Origin: a virus | Taxonomy: Duplodnaviria > Caudoviricetes | Virus record (IMG/VR): IMGVR_UViG_3300016654_000063 | Span: 1 to 51,077 of that record | Strand: one strand, 5' to 3' | DNA: 51,077 bases | In this document: in pieces, positions 40,845-49,797 of the stretch | Numbering within the stretch: position 1 is the stretch's first letter | How the letters are laid out: every line of letters starts with the position of its first letter | Position numbers and translations under genes: made by a program | Notes under the pieces: generated by a model | The model's input: the letters and a program-made list of their open reading frames with translations, nothing else | The model's database searches: none | Told to the model about the DNA's origin: nothing

Positions 40845-42768
40845 ATTTTTCTCCTCGAAAGTAACAAACCCCGTTATCGCGCACCGCAGCGAATTCTGGG
40901 TATAACAACATACCATTAACCCAAGTTAAAACAACAAAGCCCGACTGCCAGTTGAATCCGGGCTTTCCTTGCCGATAATTAAATTCATCTTGCCATTCAT
41001 CGGCAAGCATACCTGTTTTTACGCCGTAATGGGTGTTTTTGAACCCCTTGTGAGCTTTAACACTAAGTTCATGTGTATGCCCCGTCACTATGTGGCACCC
41101 ACCTTTCAGAACGTCATTCCATCCAGAATGTATCCCGTTGTGCCAGTCGTGGATGATCACACAATCGTCGTTGATATCTATCCGCAAAGAATCGTGCCAG
41201 TGGGGGAGATGGTCTCTAAGCAAAAACCCCTGCACACCCTCGAATTCAGGCACTTGAGCACTCAATCTTGTCTCGAAGCGAGCGCAGTTTCCACTAAAGT
41301 ACGCTATCCCGTTCCGACGAACCATGAAATTTGTTAGCGGGACTTGAAGGCACCACACCCATCCGTTGTATTGTTCACGGAATACATCCTTTTTCTCTAT
41401 TCTTATTTTGGGCTGTTTTACAAGCCACAATCTTTGGTGCCCACGGTTGTCTGTTGCAAGGCGGGCGCGGTATCCATGATGAACGGCTACCTCCTGAACG
41501 CTCGACAAGAACTCTGAGCGGCCATACAGCACACAACCATCCCCCAGCCTGTTGTACGTTCCGTCCCCATCAATCAACGCCTCCAGCAAAACATCAAATT
41601 GTCTTCCAGATAAATCATGCGCCCACTGCGGCAGCTTTGTTTTTTCTGGCAAATACTCTTTTATTGATTTTGCAAACTCGGCAGGTATACGATACTGAGC
41701 GGAAAGCATTGATTTTTTTACCAACTCCCTTCCGCAAATATGGGTGTTAGAACGCTGTCTTTCGGTTAGTTTATACGGAAGATTTAGTTTGGAAAGAAGC
41801 GCCTCTATTTTTGACCGGCCCTCTGTTTTGGACTGATAGATGGAAATACCCCATTCTTCCAAAGTGCCGTCAGTCAAAATCCACCCGCACATCCTAATCA
41901 TGTCATCAGATATTGGGGCATCTGGGCTATCCGCGAAAGAAGAGACGGGGATATTGAAAGAATGCGGCAAATCGTCAGCCTCTCTGTATTCCCTAATATC
42001 GTATTGTTTGGTTTTCCAATTCAGTCTGTCCAACAATACCCTGTGTTTCGGGGTGACGGACATGCTCATTCGGGTTTTCTCAATTCTTACCATCTCGCCC
42101 GAATATTCATATTTGATGATTTCTTTGATCGGCGACCAAACAGGTTTATCATTATCAAGAGAAAGAACGCTATCGTCATGACGAATGTCTTGATATGACA
42201 CCCAGCCCCGTTGAGTTAGGCATTCTGTGGCTTCGTCAAAACAGTGATTCCCATACGTTCTTAATAGTAAACATCCAGCAGGCCGGATTTTCTCAATATC
42301 TCCGAGCCTTTCTTTTACGGCTTCAAGCTCTTGCTGAATGGTTGGTGCTTTATGCCAGCGGATTCGTGCGTGTCTGGATGCCATGCCCCCATCTAAAATG
42401 TCCCCGTTCATAATCACGGCTTTAACATCTGTGCCAAGATCAGATAGCAAGTTACACAGGGCTTTGTGGGCTATGGGGGTGTATCCGGGGCTGTAGTGGG
42501 CGTCTGATCCCACCAAGATGATTCCGCTATCAATAGAGATACGGTGAACATCTCTCCGGGTGGAAAGCACTAGATCGACCGATGCGGCTTTATAGGCAAC
42601 TGCTTTTTGAGAAACGCTTGGCAGCACAATGCCCTTTTTCGCCAGCCTTTCTCTTCGCTCGTACACCGCCCTAGTGCTGATGCCAAGCTCTCTTGCTACC
42701 CCTGTGGGACTTGGATTTCTCTGCCATATTTTGATGAAACCTTCTTCGTCAACGGCTGGCAGAGTCAT
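40831..42768 (-). CDS. Calcineurin-like metallophosphoesterase with an N-terminal HTH; intein-containing
   Basis: SDAH, NGDILD, GNH, H and GHTH motifs; N-terminal VARELGISTRAVY. Confidence 0.9.
   Translation of the reverse strand: MTLPAVDEEGFIKIWQRNPSPTGVARELGISTRAVYERRERLAKKGIVLPSVSQKAVAYKAASVDLVLSTRRDVHRISIDSGIILVGSDAHYSPGYTPIAHKALCNLLSDLGTDVKAVIMNGDILDGGMASRHARIRWHKAPTIQQELEAVKERLGDIEKIRPAGCLLLRTYGNHCFDEATECLTQRGWVSYQDIRHDDSVLSLDNDKPVWSPIKEIIKYEYSGEMVRIEKTRMSMSVTPKHRVLLDRLNWKTKQYDIREYREADDLPHSFNIPVSSFADSPDAPISDDMIRMCGWILTDGTLEEWGISIYQSKTEGRSKIEALLSKLNLPYKLTERQRSNTHICGRELVKKSMLSAQYRIPAEFAKSIKEYLPEKTKLPQWAHDLSGRQFDVLLEALIDGDGTYNRLGDGCVLYGRSEFLSSVQEVAVHHGYRARLATDNRGHQRLWLVKQPKIRIEKKDVFREQYNGWVWCLQVPLTNFMVRRNGIAYFSGNCARFETRLSAQVPEFEGVQGFLLRDHLPHWHDSLRIDINDDCVIIHDWHNGIHSGWNDVLKGGCHIVTGHTHELSVKAHKGFKNTHYGVKTGMLADEWQDEFNYRQGKPGFNWQSGFVVLTWVNGMLLYPEFAAVRDNGVCYFRGEKYAEP
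41287..42243 (-). mobile_element. Intein (319 aa) with an in-frame LAGLIDADG endonuclease
   Basis: Starts CFDEATECLT, block B VTPKHRV, LAGLIDADG motifs CGWILTDG and LEALIDGDG, ends VWCLQVPLTNFMVRRNGIAYFSGN, followed by Cys+1. Confidence 0.92.
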
Positions 42769-42769
42769 G

Positions 42770-43135
42770 TCATTTCCCCAATATCTTTTCTAAGACGTTG
42801 ATCACCCGATGCTCCGCAGCAGATAGGGTTTCGGCGTTTTGCGGGTGGGCCTGTGCTGCTGCTATGAGGTCGTGCAAGAAGACGTGTAAACACTCGTGAA
42901 GGGCCGTATTTTTTAGCGCCTTCTCTGTAATTTCTTCCGAGCCAAAATCTCCCAACCGGTAGGTTGCTAGTCTTGCTGTGGAGTCCATGTCCACATCGGC
43001 CATACACCCTTTGGCGGCTTTTTTCTTGCCGCGCTCGATGCGCCAGTCAACTAGATTAAGGGTCTGCTGCCAGTGTTTTACGTAAAACGCAAACCGTTCG
43101 GTCTGCTCAAAATTCGGCACATTCTGAGATTTCAT
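42770..43135 (-). CDS. Small HExxH putative metallopeptidase-like protein
   Basis: TALHECLHVFL; GGAGG RBS. Confidence 0.6.
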   Translation of the reverse strand: MKSQNVPNFEQTERFAFYVKHWQQTLNLVDWRIERGKKKAAKGCMADVDMDSTARLATYRLGDFGSEEITEKALKNTALHECLHVFLHDLIAAAQAHPQNAETLSAAEHRVINVLEKILGK

Positions 43136-43187
43136 GCGGCCTCCAGCGTGCCTTTATACGACAACAAACTGACAGTTTTGTGAAACC

Positions 43188-43280
43188 CTAAAAGACTATG
43201 ACTAATGTCAGCCAAACAAGGCAGACAGTCGCCACACAGAGGCAGGTTGCAATCACAAGGGAGAGCAACCAATCGAACAT
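43188..43280 (-). CDS. 30-aa hydrophobic peptide (not in ORF track)
   Basis: TGATG overlap with the upstream stop; MFDWLLSLVIATCLCVATVCLVWLTLVIVF. Confidence 0.45.
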   Translation of the reverse strand: MFDWLLSLVIATCLCVATVCLVWLTLVIVF

Positions 43281-43597
43281 CACACTATCTTCAGTAGCTT
43301 AGCAACATACATTGCCAGCAAACCAGCCGCGCCCCACACTGCGGCATAAACCCATTTAGTAGCCATGGACTGACTACTGTTCTCTTTCTCAAGCTGATCT
43401 ACTCGACTATCTATTCGCTCAATAAGTTTAAAGATTCTTTCTTGTGCCTCAAGCATGTTGGCCTGTCTTTCATCAATCAGGGCAAGTTTGGTCAGCGCGT
43501 TTGCTACGTCACGCATGACTACCTTCATCTCTCCCATATCCTCATGAAGGGTTTCCACCTTATGAGTCAATAAGGCCATTTCAGTTTCTTGAGACAT
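43280..43597 (-). CDS. Coiled-coil protein with a C-terminal TM helix (holin/XhlA-like architecture)
   Basis: Heptad repeats followed by WVYAAVWGAAGLLAMYV. Confidence 0.6.
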   Translation of the reverse strand: MSQETEMALLTHKVETLHEDMGEMKVVMRDVANALTKLALIDERQANMLEAQERIFKLIERIDSRVDQLEKENSSQSMATKWVYAAVWGAAGLLAMYVAKLLKIV

Positions 43598-43899
43598 TAT
43601 TCGCTCCCAATAGTCGGCCCAGCCGATGAGCCACCAATTTCTACCTCTGGCACCGGCTCATTTTGCGGCGGCACGAATGCATCGGTAGCCTCGTCGTATG
43701 TGTACCCGATGCCTGCGTAGCGTTGCCGGATGTTGCCGTTGTAGCTCGTCTGCACCCAGCGGCCACCGAACAAACGCTCGCAGAAAGCTGCGCCGATGTG
43801 TTCCTTCTCGACTCCGTGGGCGTCGGCGGTGTCCTTGTTGGCAATTACCACAACACGTAGTACGGTGTTGTTGTCGTCCAGTTCGCAGAAATGCGCCAT
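43597..43899 (-). CDS. Hypothetical tail-fibre-associated protein
   Basis: MAHFCELDDNN.V..V.V...W.QTSYN...R..YAGIGYTYD...DAF.PPQ. Confidence 0.7.
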   Translation of the reverse strand: MAHFCELDDNNTVLRVVVIANKDTADAHGVEKEHIGAAFCERLFGGRWVQTSYNGNIRQRYAGIGYTYDEATDAFVPPQNEPVPEVEIGGSSAGPTIGSE

Positions 43900-44490
43900 C
43901 TAAATCTCCAGTTCAGTTAATTCGTCGGCACCCCCGACAGTGCCTTTGAGAAAGGTGTTGAACGATATGCTGATGCGTTCTTCTTTACCGTCTGCAAGTC
44001 TGTCAACCATATGCGTCAGGTGGGATGGAAACATAATCACATCGCCCTGATTGACCTTGAGCCACCAGCTTTCAGAGTTGTACAGGTTGTACGTCTCTGC
44101 TGGCAGTTTTATTTGCTGATACCCATCACGATAGAAATAAATCCGGTCATCGTTTGCGGCTATGTACAAACAGCCAGAGACAAACGAATTAGGATGTGCG
44201 TGCTTGTGATGATGCTGGCCGGGCTTGGTGTAGTTCACCCACGATTGTGTGACGTATGCCTGCACCTGATGCTTTGGTGAGTAGATGCCTTTCATGTATT
44301 CATCAATACACGTGCCAACAAACATGGCAAGTCTCTGCATCTGCGGCTCACGCAAGACGTAGTTGTTCTTGCTGGTGGTGTTTCCCTGATTGGGGCGCTG
44401 TTCCAGACTGCGGACAAAATCAATCTCGTCCTTGTCCAGCACAAGGTTCCAGAACGCTACCGGCGTGGGAAACAGGCTCTCTATCCTCAT
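43900..44490 (-). CDS. 2OG-Fe(II) oxygenase family protein (TIGR02466-like)
   Basis: LFPTP, SWVN, H.HPNSFVSGCLY, FPSHLTHMV and ERISISFN. Confidence 0.85.
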   Translation of the reverse strand: MRIESLFPTPVAFWNLVLDKDEIDFVRSLEQRPNQGNTTSKNNYVLREPQMQRLAMFVGTCIDEYMKGIYSPKHQVQAYVTQSWVNYTKPGQHHHKHAHPNSFVSGCLYIAANDDRIYFYRDGYQQIKLPAETYNLYNSESWWLKVNQGDVIMFPSHLTHMVDRLADGKEERISISFNTFLKGTVGGADELTELEI

Positions 44491-44747
44491 GCGGCCTCAA
44501 GCATCTTGTTGAACCCGGTGATTTGTTCAATCTGTTCCGGCAGCAGGATGGTGTTGATGGAGTCCTCAAAGGCTTTAATCTTCTCCATCGTATCCATCAG
44601 TTCTTCCCAAGTAGGACACGGGCGCGGGTCTTCCCAACGGGTAATCATAGTGTTGGAGATTTCCCACTTAGCACCCGGACGAAGCAGGTGCATTGCCGTG
44701 TCGATGCCGTACATCAGGTAAATCTTGGTTTCCATTGTTAAGTCCAC
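44487..44747 (-). CDS. Small hypothetical protein (possible fibre chaperone)
   Basis: LRPGAKWEI...W.DPRPCPTWEE; directly follows the Gly-rich fibre gene. Confidence 0.6.
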   Translation of the reverse strand: MDLTMETKIYLMYGIDTAMHLLRPGAKWEISNTMITRWEDPRPCPTWEELMDTMEKIKAFEDSINTILLPEQIEQITGFNKMLEAA

Positions 44748-46306
44748 TTGATAATTACGATGCCTGAGCCGCCATTACCACCACCTGAATTTGGTGTATC
44801 CCCGGAACCTCCACCACCACCTCCAGTATTAGCTGTACCTGCAACACCATTTGTTTTATCCCCGCGACCAGCTCCGCCACCACCTGCGCCGCCCGAGCCA
44901 CCGCCAGTGCTTCCCGGACTGAGGGTGTCACCACCACCACCGCCCCCGGCATAAGTTACTGAAGAACCTGAAATGGAAGATGCGGTTCCAGCACCGCCAT
45001 TACCTCCCCGAAAGCTTGGAGTTTCATCTGCCCCCACGGAAGACGCTCCACCACCACCGCCACCGGCGCTACCAAAAGACCTACCTCCATTATTTCCTTG
45101 GCTTGGCGAAACGGATGGAACATTCCCATTTCCACCAAGACCGCCACTGTCATTTCCGCCACCTCCGCCACCAGAGCCACCAGAAGCACCAGTTAATGCC
45201 GGATTCATTCCGCTCCCGCCGCCTCCACCGCCAGCAGCAGTTATTGTGGAAAAAGTAGAATTACTCCCGCTTCCACCTTGTTGCTGGGAGTTGTTTAAAT
45301 TACTACCGCCAGCCCCAATGGTAATTGTGTATGTTGTACCAGCCGTTACCGATAATCCAGTACCAGTGCGGAAGCCACCAGCACCCCCTCCACCGGCCCT
45401 AGCTTTTCCACCAGCACCCCCACCAGCAACGACTAGGTAATCCACACTAGAAACACCAGTCGGGCATTCCCACGAGCCAGAGGTGTAGAAGATTGCGGTC
45501 TTAGTAGTAGCGGGTGCGGTGTATTTGATGATTACGATGCCTGAGCCGCCATTGCCAACGGCAGCACCATCCCAACCGCCGCCGCCACCGCCTCTATTGG
45601 CAGTTCCAGAAGTGCTTGGGTTAGAGTTTCCACCACCGCCCGTGCCACCTGTGCCGCCACCTGACACATTGTAGCCACCGCCGCCGCCTGCGTAGGTCAC
45701 AGAAGAACCACTAATAGATGACGCGGTTCCGTTTCCGCCGCCGCTACCAGCGCCGCCGGTTGCTCCAGCAGCGGAAGCGCCGCCGCCGCCACCGCCGCCA
45801 GTTCCGGTTGATCCGTTGCCGCCATTATTTCCTTGAGATGGCGAAGTGCTGGGCGTGTTCCCGGTGCCACCAGCACTGCTACCGTTTCCTGCGCCACCGC
45901 CACCAGAACCGCCGCTGTTTCCTGTTAATGTGCCACCGCCACCACCGCCGCCGCCGCCATTAGAAGTGATTGTGCTAAATACAGAATTACTACCAGAGGC
46001 TCCTTGGCCATTTGTGGTTCCTGCGCCGCCGCCGCCAACAGTAATGCTGTAAGCGGTGCCTGCGGTTACAGAAAAACCTGTGCCTGTTCTAAATCCACCA
46101 GCGCCACCGCCACCAGCAGAGTTAAGGCCGCCGCCACCCGCGCCTCCAGCAACCACTAGATACTCAACCCCTGTCACACCAGTAGGGCAAGTCCAAGAAC
46201 CAGAAGCGGTAAAGGTTTGGATGACGACATAGGGGCCGCCAGCGATAACAGAGAACAGCCCAAAGCCACGAGCAGATGCCGCACCGAAGGTAATGGGTAG
46301 TGGCAT
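44738..46306 (-). CDS. Glycine-rich tail fibre/receptor-binding protein (two tandem modules)
   Basis: Two copies of F..SGSW.CPTGV..V.YLVVAGGG...GGSGIVIIK. Confidence 0.8.
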   Translation of the reverse strand: MPLPITFGAASARGFGLFSVIAGGPYVVIQTFTASGSWTCPTGVTGVEYLVVAGGAGGGGLNSAGGGGAGGFRTGTGFSVTAGTAYSITVGGGGAGTTNGQGASGSNSVFSTITSNGGGGGGGGGTLTGNSGGSGGGGAGNGSSAGGTGNTPSTSPSQGNNGGNGSTGTGGGGGGGASAAGATGGAGSGGGNGTASSISGSSVTYAGGGGGYNVSGGGTGGTGGGGNSNPSTSGTANRGGGGGGWDGAAVGNGGSGIVIIKYTAPATTKTAIFYTSGSWECPTGVSSVDYLVVAGGGAGGKARAGGGGAGGFRTGTGLSVTAGTTYTITIGAGGSNLNNSQQQGGSGSNSTFSTITAAGGGGGGSGMNPALTGASGGSGGGGGGNDSGGLGGNGNVPSVSPSQGNNGGRSFGSAGGGGGGASSVGADETPSFRGGNGGAGTASSISGSSVTYAGGGGGGDTLSPGSTGGGSGGAGGGGAGRGDKTNGVAGTANTGGGGGGSGDTPNSGGGNGGSGIVIIKWT

Positions 46307-46315
46307 GGTGTGTCC

Positions 46316-47248
46316 TTACGCGAACTTGGTTTGGCTGGCGAATGCCGTAAACGTAGCAGACCCAGTTTTCACGACAGTAATCGTATAAACATCAATCGAA
46401 CTGGCGTTACCGGCGGTAAAGGCCGAGCCACCTTGATACTTGGGAGTCACCGCGCTACCGTCGATGTTGAGTGCGGTCTGGTAATAGGCCGTGGAACCAT
46501 TAGTCACAAGGAAGGCAATCGTAATCGACTCACCAGTAGACATCAGAGTATCCAATGACGTACCAGACGACCCACGGATGTTCAGCGTCCAGTTACCAGA
46601 TGCGTTAGAGGTGTAGTACAGGACAGACTGAGTGGTTACGTCATAGTCGATCGTGCCAGTAGCAGCAGTCGCGGATACCGTGCAGACTTCTTTGGCGTTG
46701 GCAAGTTTTGCGGCGGCTACGCTGCTTGAGCCGCTAAAAGTTTGAAGTGCGGTGAAGGTTTGTGCCGTGGCTAATGCTGCAAGCGTACTTGCTGAATCAG
46801 GCAGGGTGTACGTTCTTGCCGCTGTCGGGCCGCTGAATGTGATGACTTGCGTGGCAACAGGAATCGTCGTGTCTGCATCGGGAAATGTAGCCGTGCGACT
46901 AGCGCCAAGGGTCGCGGTCGTAAATGTCACCCGATAAGAGGATGACCCACCGTTCCGCCCTTGCAAAATAAAACCATCGTTTGTGGATGTCCGTGCAAAA
47001 GCCTGCCCGGTGGCGTTGTAGAAAGTATTCGCTCCCGTGAAGGCGTTGTTGCTTGCTAGAACAGCGTCACCAGACGCACCAGCGGCTGAGGCTAGCAGGG
47101 TCACCACACCCGAACTGTTCTCGCAGTACAACTTCATGTCTGCGATGTTCAATCCCAGTTCTCCAGCAATCAGATTGCCCGCCGTAGGAACTGTAGAAGC
47201 GGTTGTCGAGTGATACAGTTGAATTGGTGTTGATCCAGCAGCAGCCAT
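46316..47248 (-). CDS. Tail fibre protein
   Basis: N-terminal IQLYHS...P....L..GELGLN..D.KLY docking-type motif; T/A/S-rich. Confidence 0.7.
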   Translation of the reverse strand: MAAAGSTPIQLYHSTTASTVPTAGNLIAGELGLNIADMKLYCENSSGVVTLLASAAGASGDAVLASNNAFTGANTFYNATGQAFARTSTNDGFILQGRNGGSSSYRVTFTTATLGASRTATFPDADTTIPVATQVITFSGPTAARTYTLPDSASTLAALATAQTFTALQTFSGSSSVAAAKLANAKEVCTVSATAATGTIDYDVTTQSVLYYTSNASGNWTLNIRGSSGTSLDTLMSTGESITIAFLVTNGSTAYYQTALNIDGSAVTPKYQGGSAFTAGNASSIDVYTITVVKTGSATFTAFASQTKFA

Positions 47249-49455
47249 TAGAAAGTTCCCCCTGAGATACCACCAGTGGCAGTCAATATTCCACTGGACG
47301 GATTAAATGTTAACTTGGTTGATGTTACCTTTTGCGGAAGGTTGCCGGTACTCGCAGTTACCCACGTTGGGTACATCGTTGCGTTAGTCGTCGTGTCGTC
47401 TGTAATAGCAGTGTTGGTTGCATCTGTAGCCGATCCAACACTTAAAGACGATTGATTGCTCCATGTCGGCGTACCGGCCCCACCTGACAAAAGAACTTGA
47501 GAAGCAGTACCGGCAGAACTGAATGCATAAGCCGTTCCAGTGCCATAAGCAATTGCACCAGCGGTAGGCGTCGCTGTGGCATTCGTGCCGCCATTTGCAA
47601 TAGCAAGCGTGCCCGCCATCGTGATGGTGCCAGACGTAGTAACAGGCCCACCGGAGAACGTCAGGCCAGTCGTACCACCATCTACGTTGACACTTGTCAC
47701 CGTGCCCAATGGATTAGCGGCCCATTGGAAGGCAGATCCAGACCACTCTAGGAATGTGTTCGCAACCGTTGGGGCAACAGCAAATGACGTAGCCCCAGCC
47801 CCGGTGTTGAAAACAATCTGATTAGCTCCGCCCCCGGCTACGTTCGTTGCGGCTGTAGCGGTAGCGGCGTTCCCGCCGATAGACAAAGCCGTAGCGGTTC
47901 CAGTCAAACCAGTGCCGGGGCCGGTGAACTGTGTACTAGCGGTGATTGTCGTACCAGTGACAGCGGCAGCCGTTGTGCCACCAATAGCCATGTTGTTGAT
48001 GGTTCCCGCCGTCGCAGGGTTGATGGTCACCGATCCACTACCAGTTGGGGCGATAGAAACACTGGCATTTGCGGGGTTGATGTTTGTGGCAACCTCTAAA
48101 GAAAGGTTACTTCCCCCACCGGCACCCCATGCAAGTTGACTTGTGCCCGTTGCATTACGCAACTGCCCACCCGCACTACCCGCTGCGTCGAAGGCAGGAC
48201 TAACTACCTTTGTAGTGGCCGTTATAGTGCCTAGCGTGATATTACTTACCCAATTCGGCGCTGTTCCAGTTGATGCCAGAACTTGATTAGCCGTTCCGAT
48301 GGCAAGTTTGCTGAAAGCCGTACCAGAGGCGTAATATGTAATATCCCCGGCGGTATAAGAAGATAGCCCCGTTCCGCCGTTAGACGTTATCAGAGTTCCA
48401 CTTAGGGTTACCGCACCACTAGTAGCACTATTCGGGGTAAATCCAGTTGTGCCCGCTGAAAACGTAGTTACTGCAACACCAGATAGCGTAGTCCACTGCG
48501 GCGCTGATCCGGTTGATGTCATTACCTGACCATTTGTACCTATGGGGAGCTTACTAAATGACGTACCAGAGGCGTAATAAACGGTATCCCCCGCTGTATA
48601 GGAAGATAGTCCAGTGCCGCCATTAGAGGTAATTAACGTGCCTCCAATGGTAATTACCCCGGTTGTTGTAACTGGCCCCCCAGAGGTGGTCAGACCCGTA
48701 GTCCCGCCAGAGACATTGATTGAACTAACACCAACGCCAGCCGCTATAGAGTTCCAAGAATTATTTGTATACCCTTCAAATGTTGCGGTATCGGTGTTGT
48801 ATCGAATAGTTCCGTTGAAAGGGACTGCGGCTCTGCTCCCCGTGTTTCCAACGGGAACAACTATTCCTTCGCTCCCCGGCACCACGGGGTTGTCGGACAG
48901 CCCTACGGTCGGGTTGTTTGCGGCACCGTCTCCATCCGCTACATCGATCTCAGAGGCCGTTCCGACAATTGACCGGGGGGTAACCGTACCGTTGTTCGGC
49001 AACGCCACAAGCCCAGCTCCAGAGGCGTTTGCAAGGCTTAAAACCTGCCCTGTAAGCGAGATTGCGGGGTTCCCTGATACACCGTCCCCATTAGAAATAG
49101 AAACGCCGTTGGTGGCCGTTGTGATTGTTCTGCTCGTTACCGTAGACAGGCCAGTCTTGACTTGAAACCCATTCCCCGAGGAATTCAGGCTTGCCGCAGC
49201 ACCCGCCAGGTTGATTCGCAGGAAAGACTGCGCCCCACCATCTGTCAGGCTCAGATTCGCATCTGTGGATAGATACCGGCTGTTGTTCAGTGTCGGTTCG
49301 TTGTTCAGCGTCAGAAACGTCTGGGTCTGAACAGGAGATCCCGCAAGAGCAGAGGCAGTTGTCTTAACTGTCCCGCCGTTCTGAACAATTGGAACCAGTT
49401 CTGACCCGGTAATTGCTCCAGCGGTTGGTAGCTGGGTGATCGTGACATTAGGCAT
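47248..49455 (-). CDS. Tail fibre protein with internal repeats
   Basis: 735 aa; N-terminal ITQLPTA; repeated GTTG...T.SG.ITL.GTL...NGGT modules. Confidence 0.75.
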   Translation of the reverse strand: MPNVTITQLPTAGAITGSELVPIVQNGGTVKTTASALAGSPVQTQTFLTLNNEPTLNNSRYLSTDANLSLTDGGAQSFLRINLAGAAASLNSSGNGFQVKTGLSTVTSRTITTATNGVSISNGDGVSGNPAISLTGQVLSLANASGAGLVALPNNGTVTPRSIVGTASEIDVADGDGAANNPTVGLSDNPVVPGSEGIVVPVGNTGSRAAVPFNGTIRYNTDTATFEGYTNNSWNSIAAGVGVSSINVSGGTTGLTTSGGPVTTTGVITIGGTLITSNGGTGLSSYTAGDTVYYASGTSFSKLPIGTNGQVMTSTGSAPQWTTLSGVAVTTFSAGTTGFTPNSATSGAVTLSGTLITSNGGTGLSSYTAGDITYYASGTAFSKLAIGTANQVLASTGTAPNWVSNITLGTITATTKVVSPAFDAAGSAGGQLRNATGTSQLAWGAGGGSNLSLEVATNINPANASVSIAPTGSGSVTINPATAGTINNMAIGGTTAAAVTGTTITASTQFTGPGTGLTGTATALSIGGNAATATAATNVAGGGANQIVFNTGAGATSFAVAPTVANTFLEWSGSAFQWAANPLGTVTSVNVDGGTTGLTFSGGPVTTSGTITMAGTLAIANGGTNATATPTAGAIAYGTGTAYAFSSAGTASQVLLSGGAGTPTWSNQSSLSVGSATDATNTAITDDTTTNATMYPTWVTASTGNLPQKVTSTKLTFNPSSGILTATGGISGGTF

Positions 49456-49792
49456 TGTTCACCGCAATTCCATCGAGGTTCCCATTATTTTCCGGTGTTT
49501 GAGTGTTCCCCTCAGTAGAAATCACCCAATCTCCCTGATTATCTGCTACAAGCTCATTTGGATCAACAGCGACAGAGACATCTGGACGGGGAAAACGAAG
49601 GTTGATTCGCTCGGTCTTTCTAGCGGGTAAGCGATAAGGATCTTTCTCGTCCGCACATCCCTGTTGGCACACCCTCAAGCCAGCAAAATTAGGATCTGGC
49701 ATCTGCTCATCTAGCGCCCTTTTCATGCGACATCTGTCACAGATGAAGATAGCAAGAGATGCATTCCCGATGGTGTCAAGGAACATTCCCAT
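49448..49792 (-). CDS. Hypothetical protein with a Cys cluster
   Basis: ICDRC...LRVC..GC.D.KDP and LRFPRPD. Confidence 0.7.
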   Translation of the reverse strand: MGMFLDTIGNASLAIFICDRCRMKRALDEQMPDPNFAGLRVCQQGCADEKDPYRLPARKTERINLRFPRPDVSVAVDPNELVADNQGDWVISTEGNTQTPENNGNLDGIAVNNA

Positions 49793-49797
49793 AACTG

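Noticed and set aside
42765-43007. 80-aa alternate-frame ORF over the HExxH gene
   Set aside because: No motif; the 42770..43135 frame has the RBS and the HExxH motif
44738-46306. Duplicated fibre segments as a DGR template/variable repeat pair; long Pro-rich antisense ORFs
   Set aside because: No reverse transcriptase was found, the copies differ broadly rather than only at adenines, and the antisense ORFs are shadows of Gly codons
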